Positions 10,001-19,044 of a DNA stretch of 64,000 nucleotides are shown here, one piece after another (position 1 is the first letter of the stretch; each line of letters starts with the position of its first letter). The position numbers were made by a program, and so were the translations under genes. Where the stretch lies: contig CAYZUX010000003.1 of assembly GCA_964481775.1 (NCBI GenBank), positions 4,419 through 68,418 on the forward strand, read 5' to 3'. Below the pieces are notes generated by a model. That model ran no database searches and was not told the DNA's origin. It worked only from the letters and a program-made list of their open reading frames with translations. Source of the stretch: an uncultured bacterium. Lineage in GTDB: Bacteria; Hinthialibacterota; Hinthialibacteria; OLB16.

Positions 10001-10672
10001 ATGAGTATTCCTAAACCTTTGAATCCCAAAGGATTCACCCTGATCGAGCTACTCATTGTCATCGCCATCATCCTGATCCTGATCTCCATTGCTTTGCCCA
10101 ATTTCCTGGAGGCTCAACTGCGTGCCAAGGTGGTCAAAGCCCGAGGGGAGATGCGCGGCTTGGGTGAAGCAACAGGTGCTTACTTCAACGACTGGAAGAT
10201 CGATCCCAACGTGGATAATGCAATTGTGTCAGAGCCAAACCGCAGCCGGATCTGGTGGGGATATGCTTCTCATCGTTTGACTACTCCGGTTACCTACATT
10301 AAAAAGATTCCAGTAGATGCATTCCCGGACAGTGAGCAGACTCTGTTATGGGGATGGACTGGGATTAATCCAAGAAATGGCATTTGGAACGCGCCTTACC
10401 TGGTGGTAGTCCGAGTAAAAACACCCAATGACAAACCACCGAGAGAGCTCTGGCACTTCCGTCCATTTGGAATCAGTGCCAGCCCGAATGTGGGAGGGAT
10501 GGATCCGATGACCTGGCAACAATTGGGGATTGCACCCTGGGTTTATTTCAGTGCAGGCCCTGATTTATCTGCAACACTCACCTATTTGGGAGTGGGTGGC
10601 AAGGTCTTCGCCACCTACAATCCCACCAACGGTACCCAATCCAAGGGAGACATTTGGGTCGGGGGCTACTAA
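10001..10672 (+). CDS. Prepilin-type N-terminal cleavage/methylation domain protein (T2SS/T4P pseudopilin-like), paralog 1
   Basis: N-terminus MSIPKPLNPKGFTLIELLIVIAIILILISIALPNFLEAQLRAKV is the class-III signal plus hydrophobic helix of type IV pilin-like proteins. It is followed by a Trp/Gly-rich globular domain. Confidence 0.75.
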   Translation: MSIPKPLNPKGFTLIELLIVIAIILILISIALPNFLEAQLRAKVVKARGEMRGLGEATGAYFNDWKIDPNVDNAIVSEPNRSRIWWGYASHRLTTPVTYIKKIPVDAFPDSEQTLLWGWTGINPRNGIWNAPYLVVVRVKTPNDKPPRELWHFRPFGISASPNVGGMDPMTWQQLGIAPWVYFSAGPDLSATLTYLGVGGKVFATYNPTNGTQSKGDIWVGGY

Positions 10673-10719
10673 TACGGACGTTGAACAAAATATCCATCAT
10701 CCATTCGGAGGTTTTTTTT

Positions 10720-11394
10720 GTGTTCAAGAACAAAATGAAGTTATTCAAAGGATTCACACTGATCGAGCTTCTCATTGTCATCGCCATCATCCTGATCCTG
10801 ATCTCCATTGCTTTGCCAAATTTCCTGGAGGCTCAGTTGCGCGCCAAGGTGGTTAAAGCACGTGGTGAAATGCGCGGTTTGGGGCAGGCGACTGGCGCTT
10901 ACTTCAATGACTTCAAAACCGATCCTGATGTGGACAACCTGGCGATCAAGAGTGAACCAAACCGTAGCCGTGTCTGGTGGGGATTTGCCTCTCACAGACT
11001 GACCACGCCAACCGCTTACATCAAGAAGATCCCGACGGATATGTTCCCTGATGCCAATAAAGTGCTGCTCCATGGATGGACAACAGGGGCACCCGGCAAT
11101 GGGACTTGGAATTCCCCCTACCTGGTGATCGTTCGAGTGAAGACACCCAATGATAAACCTCCCAGGGAATTGTGGCACTTCCGTCCCTTTGGAAACAGCG
11201 CCACTCCACCAGTAGGAGGAATGGATCCCCAGAGCTGGCAGGCGCTCGGTATCGCGCCATGGGTTTACTACAGCGCCGGGCCAGACATGTCAGCGACTCT
11301 CGCATGGCTGGGAGTCGGGGGCAGGGTCTTCGCCACCTACAATCCCACCAATGGAACCATGTCTACAGGCGACATCTGGATGGGGGGGTATTAA
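10720..11394 (+). CDS. Prepilin-type N-terminal cleavage/methylation domain protein, paralog 2 (tandem duplicate)
   Basis: Roughly 75% identical to paralog 1, with a near-identical 45-aa N-terminus. A GGAGG RBS at 10706-10710 lies 9 nt before the GTG at 10720 (VFKNKMKLFKGFTLIELL...). The ATG at 10735 is the alternative start. Confidence 0.7.
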   Translation: MFKNKMKLFKGFTLIELLIVIAIILILISIALPNFLEAQLRAKVVKARGEMRGLGQATGAYFNDFKTDPDVDNLAIKSEPNRSRVWWGFASHRLTTPTAYIKKIPTDMFPDANKVLLHGWTTGAPGNGTWNSPYLVIVRVKTPNDKPPRELWHFRPFGNSATPPVGGMDPQSWQALGIAPWVYYSAGPDMSATLAWLGVGGRVFATYNPTNGTMSTGDIWMGGY

Positions 11395-11632
11395 CAATAA
11401 GGAGTAGCGAATTTATTCACTTTGTATCTCTCCTGCGAATGAATTCGCTACTCCAGCTCGCTGGGATGGGAATCTCTTCTCGTTCCAGCGAATCAAAGGG
11501 CCTATTACGAATAAGGAGTGGCGAATTTATTCGCTTCGTATCTCTCCTGCGAATGAATTCGCTACTCCAGCTCGCTGGGATGGAAATCTCTTCTCGTTCC
11601 AGCGAATCAACAAGCCTAATACGAACGGCCGC
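11395..11632. repeat. Tandem direct repeat (2 x about 114 bp) made of palindromic GGAGTRGCGAATT...AATTCGCTACTCC units
   Basis: Unit 1 lies at about 11395-11508 and unit 2 at about 11509-11622, roughly 90% identical. Each unit contains the inverted repeat GGAGTRGCGAATT(N27)AATTCGCTACTCC (11401-11453 and 11515-11567) and a second imperfect hairpin CGCTGGGATGG.AATCTCTTCTCGTTCCAGCG. It sits between convergent genes. Confidence 0.85.
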
Positions 11633-13421
11633 CGGGAGGATATTTCACGCGTGTGATCTGTTGGGGGTAGTGGGTCATGTCGCGGTCGTTACGTGCTGTG
11701 TATTCGATGTCATCGATATAAACCGTGGCCCATTTTCCTCCCTGGCGTGGCATGGTCAGACCGAACAGATCAAAGGTGGCACCTGCCTGACGCTGTTCAG
11801 ATGAAAGGTCCAGCGAGAAAGTCTCTCCATCAAGCGAAGCCACGATACGGCCAGCCTTTCCGGCGGTGGGATTGTAGTCAAAACTGAAGGTGTGAAGCCT
11901 GCCATCGGGCATGATCACGGGGCCATTCACCATGCTGGAGGTCTCCTCAGTGGGAATGCAGAAGAGAGCGAAATAGAATCCCACCGTGGTGGGACCCCCG
12001 AGGCTGAAACCCATCGAACCCGGAATCCGGCTGCCACGTTGGTCGAAACCGAGATGAATCCTGTTTCTCCCTCCCAGTTGTTCCGCCAGGTCCGCGGGAT
12101 AGATGCGGTTACCGCCCATGAACTCCCTCATCCGCTCCTTTTCGTTGAAATAGCCTATAATGGCATCTCCATCCGTCCCCGCATTCACAAAGGCCAGCTT
12201 TCCTGAAAACCGGATGGGGTCATCCAAGGTCAGTATCCCCACCGGATCGGCGTAAAAGCTGTGCATGGGATCAATGGCCTCATTCCGCCAGATCGTACCT
12301 CCCGCCTCTCCGGGCGACTCCCCTCCCGCCCAGTGGGTCTGGCTGTAACCATAGTCGTGCCTTCCATGAAAGTCCTGATCCACAAAAGTCACACGGTTCC
12401 CCACACCCTCCCAGTGAGGATCCTGGCCAAGCTCAATGGTCTCTCCGTTGATCACCAGGTTTCCGATGTAAAACTCGCTCTCAGTACCAGTGCTCTCATT
12501 GTCATAAAATTCCCAGTGGCGGCCATAAAGCTGGAAATTGAAGACACCGAACCGGTCAAAGCTGGCGGGAGACTGACGGTGTTCCCGGGAAAGACTCATC
12601 GCATACTCACGGCCGCCATCGAGCTGGAAAGTGATGCGGCCGCGGTGATCATCCATCCCGGTGTTCTTCCACCAGGAATACTCTTTCCCCATATTCTTGA
12701 ATCCCAGCAATCCCTGGCTCTGAGCTCGCCATAAGGTCTGGTTGAGCTGTTCCATGGTCAGGCTCGGATTCTTTTCTTGCATGAGCCGGAGGATTTCTGG
12801 TTGCGTCGTGGAAGAATCCGGGAGGATTTCGAAGAGCGGTGAGAACTCAGGAGTGAGGCTTACCCGGGCCTCCGGATCATAGGTCAGCTTCCAAGTATGC
12901 GGTTTACCATCACCCGGAAGCAGATCGGGTAGACGAATCCCATTGGCCATCCAGTTAGCAGCCATGTAGTCCACATGGATCTCTCCATCGCGTGGATAGT
13001 CACCAATCCTCCAGACGATGGAGTTCCAGGGACGCCACTCCTGACGCTCGTGGTTGAAAAAGCCAATATAAGCACCCCCCTGCTTCTCCCGGGGCATCAG
13101 GGTGACAGTTCCCTCGGCGGAGATTTTGTCATTGAGTGTGAGCGGTCTTCCCAGTGGCATGGCATAATAGGCGATGGTGCGTGAACGATGAAACTTCCCT
13201 CCAATCTCACCCCCCCCTCCCCCAGAGTGGTTGGTGGTGCTCCAACCGAATTCCTGTGAAATGGTGGGGGGGTCTTCAGCGAGGATGCGATTTTGAAAAC
13301 CTTTCCAGCCAGGATCTGTATCGAATGCCTCTTTGAGCTGGACAAGTCCATCCTGGGCCTGGACCGGCATCAGTAGAACCACACTGGTAAACAAAATAGA
13401 TCCGATGATCAGACGTGACAT
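11616..13421 (-). CDS. Secreted hypothetical protein with an internally duplicated domain
   Basis: Start is chosen at MSRLIIGSILFTSVVLLMPVQAQ (signal peptide); AGGGGGAA lies 6 nt upstream. An N-terminal segment (KFHRSRTIAYYAMPLGRPLTLNDKISAEGTVTLMP...GGAYIGFFNHER) is echoed later (PMHSFYADPVGILTLDDPIRFSGKLAFVNAGTDGDAIIGYFNEKER). A Gly run GGGGGE is present. No family recognised. Confidence 0.55.
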   Translation of the reverse strand: MSRLIIGSILFTSVVLLMPVQAQDGLVQLKEAFDTDPGWKGFQNRILAEDPPTISQEFGWSTTNHSGGGGGEIGGKFHRSRTIAYYAMPLGRPLTLNDKISAEGTVTLMPREKQGGAYIGFFNHERQEWRPWNSIVWRIGDYPRDGEIHVDYMAANWMANGIRLPDLLPGDGKPHTWKLTYDPEARVSLTPEFSPLFEILPDSSTTQPEILRLMQEKNPSLTMEQLNQTLWRAQSQGLLGFKNMGKEYSWWKNTGMDDHRGRITFQLDGGREYAMSLSREHRQSPASFDRFGVFNFQLYGRHWEFYDNESTGTESEFYIGNLVINGETIELGQDPHWEGVGNRVTFVDQDFHGRHDYGYSQTHWAGGESPGEAGGTIWRNEAIDPMHSFYADPVGILTLDDPIRFSGKLAFVNAGTDGDAIIGYFNEKERMREFMGGNRIYPADLAEQLGGRNRIHLGFDQRGSRIPGSMGFSLGGPTTVGFYFALFCIPTEETSSMVNGPVIMPDGRLHTFSFDYNPTAGKAGRIVASLDGETFSLDLSSEQRQAGATFDLFGLTMPRQGGKWATVYIDDIEYTARNDRDMTHYPQQITRVKYPPGGRSY

Positions 13422-13601
13422 GCGATATTCCCCCTGGTCCTTGAGATAAGGGAGGGCTGATGAGAACATCAGCCAGTGCTTGTTTGAAACCGGGCGACTC
13501 GAAAGTGCCAATACTCAGAGAAATGATCCTCAGTCTTTGAATAAAGATCAAGCAGTTTTCCCTGGGAACGAGACAATGACACGAGCCTAACAGAAAATGG
13601 G

Positions 13602-16600
13602 GTGGATATGAGACAGATCATCTTTCTGATATTGGCTGGCTGGATTGCAGGAATCGATCAACCTGTGACAGATTTCGTTGCTGCACGCAGGGGAGTCATT
13701 GGCAACCAAAGGTGGGAAACGGCCTATGACTTTACGGAGAGTTTCAAAGAAGCCAAGGTGAGCGATACCCTGGCCACCCATGTCACCTCCGAACAGGTTG
13801 ACCAGGTAATCCGGCCGGGTATCTTTCAGCATCCCAATCCACCTGGCCAAGGCATGGCCCGGCTCCATTTCCCCCAGGTAAGCTTCCCTGCCCTTTCTCC
13901 AGGTGAGCTTCTGGTGCTGCATTTCTACATCGCTTTATCTGAGCGGATCAGCGATGAGATGCTCGCCCAAACAGATGGGTGCCGTTTCAGTGTCGCTGTC
14001 GATGGGCAAAACATGTTTGACAAAACCTATTCTCAACGGGACTGGTTCGAGTGGGCAGTCGATCTCACCTATCTCGCCGGGAAAACAGTACCGGTCACAT
14101 TCCTGATGGACCCTCTGACCCATTCCAATGCCGACTGGGCTTTGTGGGGGGAGCCCAAGATTCTCATCGAGGGACGTAAAGCGGAAGCAAAAAGAGGTCC
14201 TCGATTCAGCCCGCTCAGCGTGAGTCAACTCGATCTTCAACCGGATCCCAGGCGAGTCATCCATATCGATCAGGCAGCCAACACGGCAACCATTGTGGCG
14301 GTCATGGATGAACATCTCGACCTGGCCGCGCAACTCGACACTCATGGGCAAAGCGTGACACCTTCCGTACCACTCGCTCCGGAGATTGTAGTTGGAGAAG
14401 GGCCAGCACCCGAAAACCATACCTTCATCCGGATTCTCAATCACTATGGCATTCCCAGAGTCCAGTTCCTGGCTTATCCACCTTCTATCAGAGGCGGTGT
14501 GAACGTAGCCGTGGGCCACCGTGCTGAGGGTGATCGTGTCATCGTGGCCGCACCGTTGCTCGACACCGCCACGGATTGCATCCGGCTCTTTACCCCCTCA
14601 GGAGGTCTTCTGGGTTCGTTTCAGCCGGCTCCAGCAATCGAACGGCCTTATGCGCTGGCTGTGGGCAACTTCATTCCAAATCACCCGGGAGATGAAATTG
14701 CCCTTACCACTTGCAATGGAGTTGAGACTTCCCGTTCCCTGCAGATCCATGGCATCACGGGAAGTATAATCAGCGAGATCGGTGTACCGGACATGTTCCG
14801 GAGTGAATGTGTGCTAAGCACCCAGCCTGGGGAACAGTCCGATGACCTCTTGATCCTGGTAAAGAACACAGGCCAGATGGCACGGTTGAGTTCCAGGAAG
14901 GGAGAAGCAGGCCTCACCACATCGACATTGGCCGGACACTATACGGGTGCCTTTCCGAGTGCCTTCGATGATGCTTTCTGGATGACGAACGATCACCCGG
15001 CTGACTCCGTGGTACAGCAAGTTGCCAGGGATGGAACTTTCAATGAGATAAACGTGGGCAAGCGGGAACAACTCTTCTGGTACCAGTGGCATGACTGGCG
15101 TGAGCGTGGCGGAGATGCTCCGCAAGATGGAAGGTATGTGCGTCTCTCCCGTTTTGAGCACATCCGGACCGATTTCATGTCGACTTCCACTCCTGACACG
15201 ACTGACTGGACTGGACCCCGTTTCGAGGATCGGGCAAACGGCCTGATCGGCTCTTACATGGACTCCTTGCCACGCCTCTGGGAACCCTGTTTCACCCATC
15301 GACAACCTCAATCTGTTTTTGATGAGTGGAACAGGAAACAAGACGATGAGACCGGGTTGCCGATGTATAACATGCTGACCCGGAACAACCACATCGTGGA
15401 ATACAGTGAATTCGAGAGCAAGTTTTTCACCAGCACTTATGGTTTTGGCTGGCCAGCCCTCGAGAACTATTACATTTTACCACTCAGGGCATTTCTGCAC
15501 CTTCTGGTTGAACCATTCCGGAAGAATCCTGAACATTTCGTAGGGCTTGAGCCCAATCATGAGCATGAGATTGCAGTCGAGGAAGATGGCAGCAAAGGTG
15601 ACTACAACCTGAAAATGGTTGAGGGTTTTTATGACTATCTTCACAGAAGAACTGGGGGTAGTTCGAGCGAGGTTTCACGTCTTTACGGCATTTCCCTGGA
15701 AGAGCTCGGTGGCTATTTCGATGCACCCCGGAACTGGCAACGCGGAGGATGGGATGATTACAACGACGCTAATCCATTCTACAAGGAATGGATCGCTTAC
15801 AACCGGCATGTAGTCAACCGCCGTCTCGCTCAGACTTACCGCGAAGCCCTGTTGGCCGGATTCCCCCCGGATAGTATCCTGTCCCACCAGATTCCCGATG
15901 TGTATGCCTTGGGTTCTCTTCAGTCCTTCAGTACTGTTCTGTCACGCTTCTCGCCCATCGATTACGCCATGACAGCGGGAGTGGGTTTCGGATTTACCCG
16001 TTATGGTGTCTGGTACCAGGATAAAGAGAACATCGTACAGGCTTCACGGGACTCCGGCTTCGGTATGTATTCGATTGGTGAATACCAGGCCCTGACTCCA
16101 AGCATCAAGGATGCCTCTGGTCAGTTGTTCTATATCCACCAGAATGGTGGTTATAGTGTTCACTGCATGCGTTGGCCCGAAGGACATGACAAGGGGTATA
16201 ACGCTTCCATGCTGGAAGCCTTGCGCTGGTTACTGGAAAAGGATCCGCCCAGGCCTGGCGTCACAGGTGGTGTGGGGCAGGTCAGACCATTCCAGGAAGG
16301 GAAACGAAGGTACAACATCGTCAGTATCGGCACTGGTCTGAATCATCAGGGACTGCTCAAGAGTGTCAATAGCGATGGCACTTGGGAGGGAACTGTCTAT
16401 GTGACTCCATTCCGTGCCCACATCGGGGTTTCCGAGGTTGCCCTGTTGAAAGAGAATGGAGTTATCCTTTCTGAAGGTGTTGATGATTTACGGCCTGGAG
16501 AACAGTTGGAATTCGTGGCCGAAGCAACTTGCGCCGGCCCGGATGGCCACCTGCGATTCAGTGTTCTCAATGACAACTTGCCGTTGCCAGGCCTTGTCGC

Positions 16601-16823
16601 GGAGATACCCCTTGGAGTAGGGCAGAAAAGTGTGAGATATGTGCTGCGGATCCAATTGACTACACCAGAGATCCGCTTGTGTGTTGAACCCACGGATTCA
16701 GTGGCACTCACGAATGTCCACCTGTACCGGGAAACACAGCAGGTGGTAGCGCCCCATATCGGCATCACCGCCGCAGAGCCGCATCAAGGAGGGATTACCT
16801 TCGATATCCTGCCTGCTGATTAA
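13602..16823 (+). CDS. Large hypothetical protein (1073 aa) with hydrophobic N-terminus; possible repeat/propeller region plus an unassigned C-terminal catalytic-like domain
   Basis: Long ORF starting at GTG 13602 (ATG at 13608). It has an N-terminal membrane/signal segment IIFLILAGWIAGI. The central region contains the VAVGNFIPNHPGDEIALTTCNG segment (FG-GAP-like flavour). The C-terminal half is rich in conserved aromatic/acidic residues. No confident family assignment. Confidence 0.4.
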   Translation: MDMRQIIFLILAGWIAGIDQPVTDFVAARRGVIGNQRWETAYDFTESFKEAKVSDTLATHVTSEQVDQVIRPGIFQHPNPPGQGMARLHFPQVSFPALSPGELLVLHFYIALSERISDEMLAQTDGCRFSVAVDGQNMFDKTYSQRDWFEWAVDLTYLAGKTVPVTFLMDPLTHSNADWALWGEPKILIEGRKAEAKRGPRFSPLSVSQLDLQPDPRRVIHIDQAANTATIVAVMDEHLDLAAQLDTHGQSVTPSVPLAPEIVVGEGPAPENHTFIRILNHYGIPRVQFLAYPPSIRGGVNVAVGHRAEGDRVIVAAPLLDTATDCIRLFTPSGGLLGSFQPAPAIERPYALAVGNFIPNHPGDEIALTTCNGVETSRSLQIHGITGSIISEIGVPDMFRSECVLSTQPGEQSDDLLILVKNTGQMARLSSRKGEAGLTTSTLAGHYTGAFPSAFDDAFWMTNDHPADSVVQQVARDGTFNEINVGKREQLFWYQWHDWRERGGDAPQDGRYVRLSRFEHIRTDFMSTSTPDTTDWTGPRFEDRANGLIGSYMDSLPRLWEPCFTHRQPQSVFDEWNRKQDDETGLPMYNMLTRNNHIVEYSEFESKFFTSTYGFGWPALENYYILPLRAFLHLLVEPFRKNPEHFVGLEPNHEHEIAVEEDGSKGDYNLKMVEGFYDYLHRRTGGSSSEVSRLYGISLEELGGYFDAPRNWQRGGWDDYNDANPFYKEWIAYNRHVVNRRLAQTYREALLAGFPPDSILSHQIPDVYALGSLQSFSTVLSRFSPIDYAMTAGVGFGFTRYGVWYQDKENIVQASRDSGFGMYSIGEYQALTPSIKDASGQLFYIHQNGGYSVHCMRWPEGHDKGYNASMLEALRWLLEKDPPRPGVTGGVGQVRPFQEGKRRYNIVSIGTGLNHQGLLKSVNSDGTWEGTVYVTPFRAHIGVSEVALLKENGVILSEGVDDLRPGEQLEFVAEATCAGPDGHLRFSVLNDNLPLPGLVAEIPLGVGQKSVRYVLRIQLTTPEIRLCVEPTDSVALTNVHLYRETQQVVAPHIGITAAEPHQGGITFDILPAD

Positions 16824-16900
16824 CACTCAAGCAGTTTGACAGGAGGACAACACGATGACAGGACCTGATGAGGGTGGGCAGAAGGAACGTTGAACGTGAC

Positions 16901-18265
16901 TTACGGGCCGGCATAGGCCAGGCCAGGTGAGGGCTTCTCGACCCACTCACGAACCTCGAAATAGGCGATCAGGCCGGTCTCCCCCAGGGCTTCATCGTAA
17001 TGGAACTGGGCATTCCCGGAGACATTGACTTTCCCGCCCACCGCCGCACCAAAAATATGCCCCCCACCAGAGAAACTGATTTCGGCATTGGGGGCATAGA
17101 TCGCGCCGGCGAATCCAGCACCACCATTCACCTTGATATCGGTGTCCATATTTCCGCTGGAGTAGACGAGGAATTTCTCCGGCGGGCCTGCTCCGCCATT
17201 GTTGATGACGGTTCCACCCGAGAAATCCAGGCTACCATCTGTAAAAATTACCACATAGTCATTGACGACGAGTTTCGAGTTTCCATTGAGCAAAGCACTT
17301 GAAAGGTAGTAGACCTTGGGATTTTCCTTGGTACCTCCCGGCAGAGTCAGTGTGGCTCCAGCCTGGATGCTCAGTGATTTATTACCTGCATTGTAAGCAT
17401 TAACCAATTGGCCATTTGGTTTCACAGCCTGGGGAATTTCGGCATTGTTATTGACGAGCTTGGCTTTCTCAACCGCATCGGAAACACTGGGAAGGTCAAT
17501 CTGGGTCATCCCTCCCTCGACCTCACCTGTGATTTCAGAGTTCTGCCCTATCAACACAACCGAACCACCCGCGGAAGCATCTCCATCGATGATGGGTGTT
17601 CCATTCAACCGGACATTCCCATTCGAACCTGAGTCTCCATTATTGGAGACATTGGTGACCGTGTTGTAATGTCCCTTGCGGGAATCATAGCTGTTGACCA
17701 CCGTGGTACCCCCCAGCTCCAGGTCATCATCGCTGAATAATCCCAATGAGAAGGTGGTGCGTGCTTTTGCGAGAACCTGGACCTGACGGACCTCACTCCC
17801 CGGACTATCGATCGTGGGGACTCCCGCGACTGCCGTGATGGTGGGTTCACTGTGACTGGTGATCGGAAAGGGGTAGTAGGTGCCCGCTCCACCCAGATTG
17901 ATGTTGGAGCCCAACGGGATGGGATCCTGAATGCTGATACGGACTTCACCAATGGGCTGGTTGTCTGCATCCTTCAGAACTGTGGTGGGGTGAATGTAAA
18001 GGTCTGGATCGGATGTATTCCAGCCAGTCCAAAGCTTCTCCTTGTCGTAAGAGAGGTGCCATACCGCCTGCTCGATACCAGCCTCTGCAGCATGAAGCGC
18101 GGTGATGAAACGGCTCTCCCGATAGGCATTGGCATGCTGGAAAACGGATCGTTGTATGATGGTGGGGATGATCAAGGCAATGATCATGGTCAGAAAGAGA
18201 GCCATCAACATTGCCGCCCCTTTCTGCCTGGTGGGAAACATCAAAACCATTGGCTGAGCTACCAT
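16901..18265 (-). CDS. PilX-N-like minor pilin / pseudopilin-associated large protein
   Basis: N-terminus ...RQKGAAMLMALFLTMIIALII resembles the PilX/GspK-type N-terminal segment. It is followed by a Gly/Asn/Ser-rich beta-helix-like region (GGAG, NGG, SGG repeats). RBS GAAGGAGG lies 6 nt before the ATG at 18265. It abuts the upstream pseudopilin gene with a 2-nt gap. Confidence 0.5.
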   Translation of the reverse strand: MVAQPMVLMFPTRQKGAAMLMALFLTMIIALIIPTIIQRSVFQHANAYRESRFITALHAAEAGIEQAVWHLSYDKEKLWTGWNTSDPDLYIHPTTVLKDADNQPIGEVRISIQDPIPLGSNINLGGAGTYYPFPITSHSEPTITAVAGVPTIDSPGSEVRQVQVLAKARTTFSLGLFSDDDLELGGTTVVNSYDSRKGHYNTVTNVSNNGDSGSNGNVRLNGTPIIDGDASAGGSVVLIGQNSEITGEVEGGMTQIDLPSVSDAVEKAKLVNNNAEIPQAVKPNGQLVNAYNAGNKSLSIQAGATLTLPGGTKENPKVYYLSSALLNGNSKLVVNDYVVIFTDGSLDFSGGTVINNGGAGPPEKFLVYSSGNMDTDIKVNGGAGFAGAIYAPNAEISFSGGGHIFGAAVGGKVNVSGNAQFHYDEALGETGLIAYFEVREWVEKPSPGLAYAGP

Positions 18266-18267
18266 AT

Positions 18268-19044
18268 TCAGCCTCCTTCTGACGGCGAATAGGGCGAGGC
18301 AGGAGTTTTCAATCCAAGCGCCTTCTTATTGCGCATGGTAGCCGCTCCCATCGTGGCGGCGATCGTCACATCCATCCGGTTACGATTCATGTTGTCGATG
18401 AATGACCGGAGGGTCGGAAAGTCCATCCCATAGTCCAGAAGTTGATCCAAAACGATAAGGTCAGGATAATCCGAGCTGTCAACTACAGTGCCATGCGGCA
18501 ATCGCAGGCCCGTTTTGCGCCCAGTGACCACCACCACTTCCAGGTCGCGGATGACAGTCAGATTGGTGACCTGGGAGATGGGCTTGCCTCCATAGAGAAA
18601 ACCGAGTGCGACAATTGAATCATCCACAATCTCGGTGTGGAGAGGTTCGTCATCCTCCTCGGAAGCCCAGAGTTGACGAATGAGACCACGCTCCTGGAGT
18701 CCGGTCTTGATGTTGTAGGTCACATACTGGAACTGCCCCGCCACGATCTCTCCGGTGGCATTCACAATGGGTTGACGCAAAACCAGGTTGGTGTTGTCAG
18801 TCGCAACAGTGCCCGCCCGGGGGATGACATTGGCCGAGAGATTGATGTCCTTGCAAACCCTCCCCATCGAGAGAAGAAGGTCTTCACGGAGGTTCTGGCT
18901 GATCTCATCCTGTGTTGAGAGAACCATAAACTGGCTGAATCCGGTAAAAACTGCTGAGAAAATCAGACCGGTAATCGTAAAGCTGACCAGCATTTCCAGG
19001 AGGGTAAAACCGTTTGGCCGTGTTTTTTCCATGGAGGGTGTCAT
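18268..19044 (-). CDS. Prepilin-type N-terminal methylation domain protein (minor pseudopilin, GspJ/PilW-like)
   Basis: N-terminus ...RPNGFTLLEMLVSFTITGLIFSAVF has the G|F-T-L-L-E prepilin processing motif. It overlaps the upstream gene by 4 nt. Confidence 0.65.
   Translation of the reverse strand: MTPSMEKTRPNGFTLLEMLVSFTITGLIFSAVFTGFSQFMVLSTQDEISQNLREDLLLSMGRVCKDINLSANVIPRAGTVATDNTNLVLRQPIVNATGEIVAGQFQYVTYNIKTGLQERGLIRQLWASEEDDEPLHTEIVDDSIVALGFLYGGKPISQVTNLTVIRDLEVVVVTGRKTGLRLPHGTVVDSSDYPDLIVLDQLLDYGMDFPTLRSFIDNMNRNRMDVTIAATMGAATMRNKKALGLKTPASPYSPSEGG

Noticed and set aside
11172-11804. 210-aa plus-strand ORF spanning the tandem palindromic repeats
   Set aside because: Its 'protein' is the translation of the repeat units (duplicated peptide SLLRMNSLLQLAGM) and the antisense of the downstream gene. 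It has no RBS, so it is not coding.
13380-13445. Apparent frameshift in the 631-aa secreted-protein gene
   Set aside because: My manual codon walk disagreed with the supplied ORF track by one nucleotide over about 60 bp. Both track ORFs in this area are internally consistent, so I attribute it to my indexing, not a real frameshift or pseudogene.
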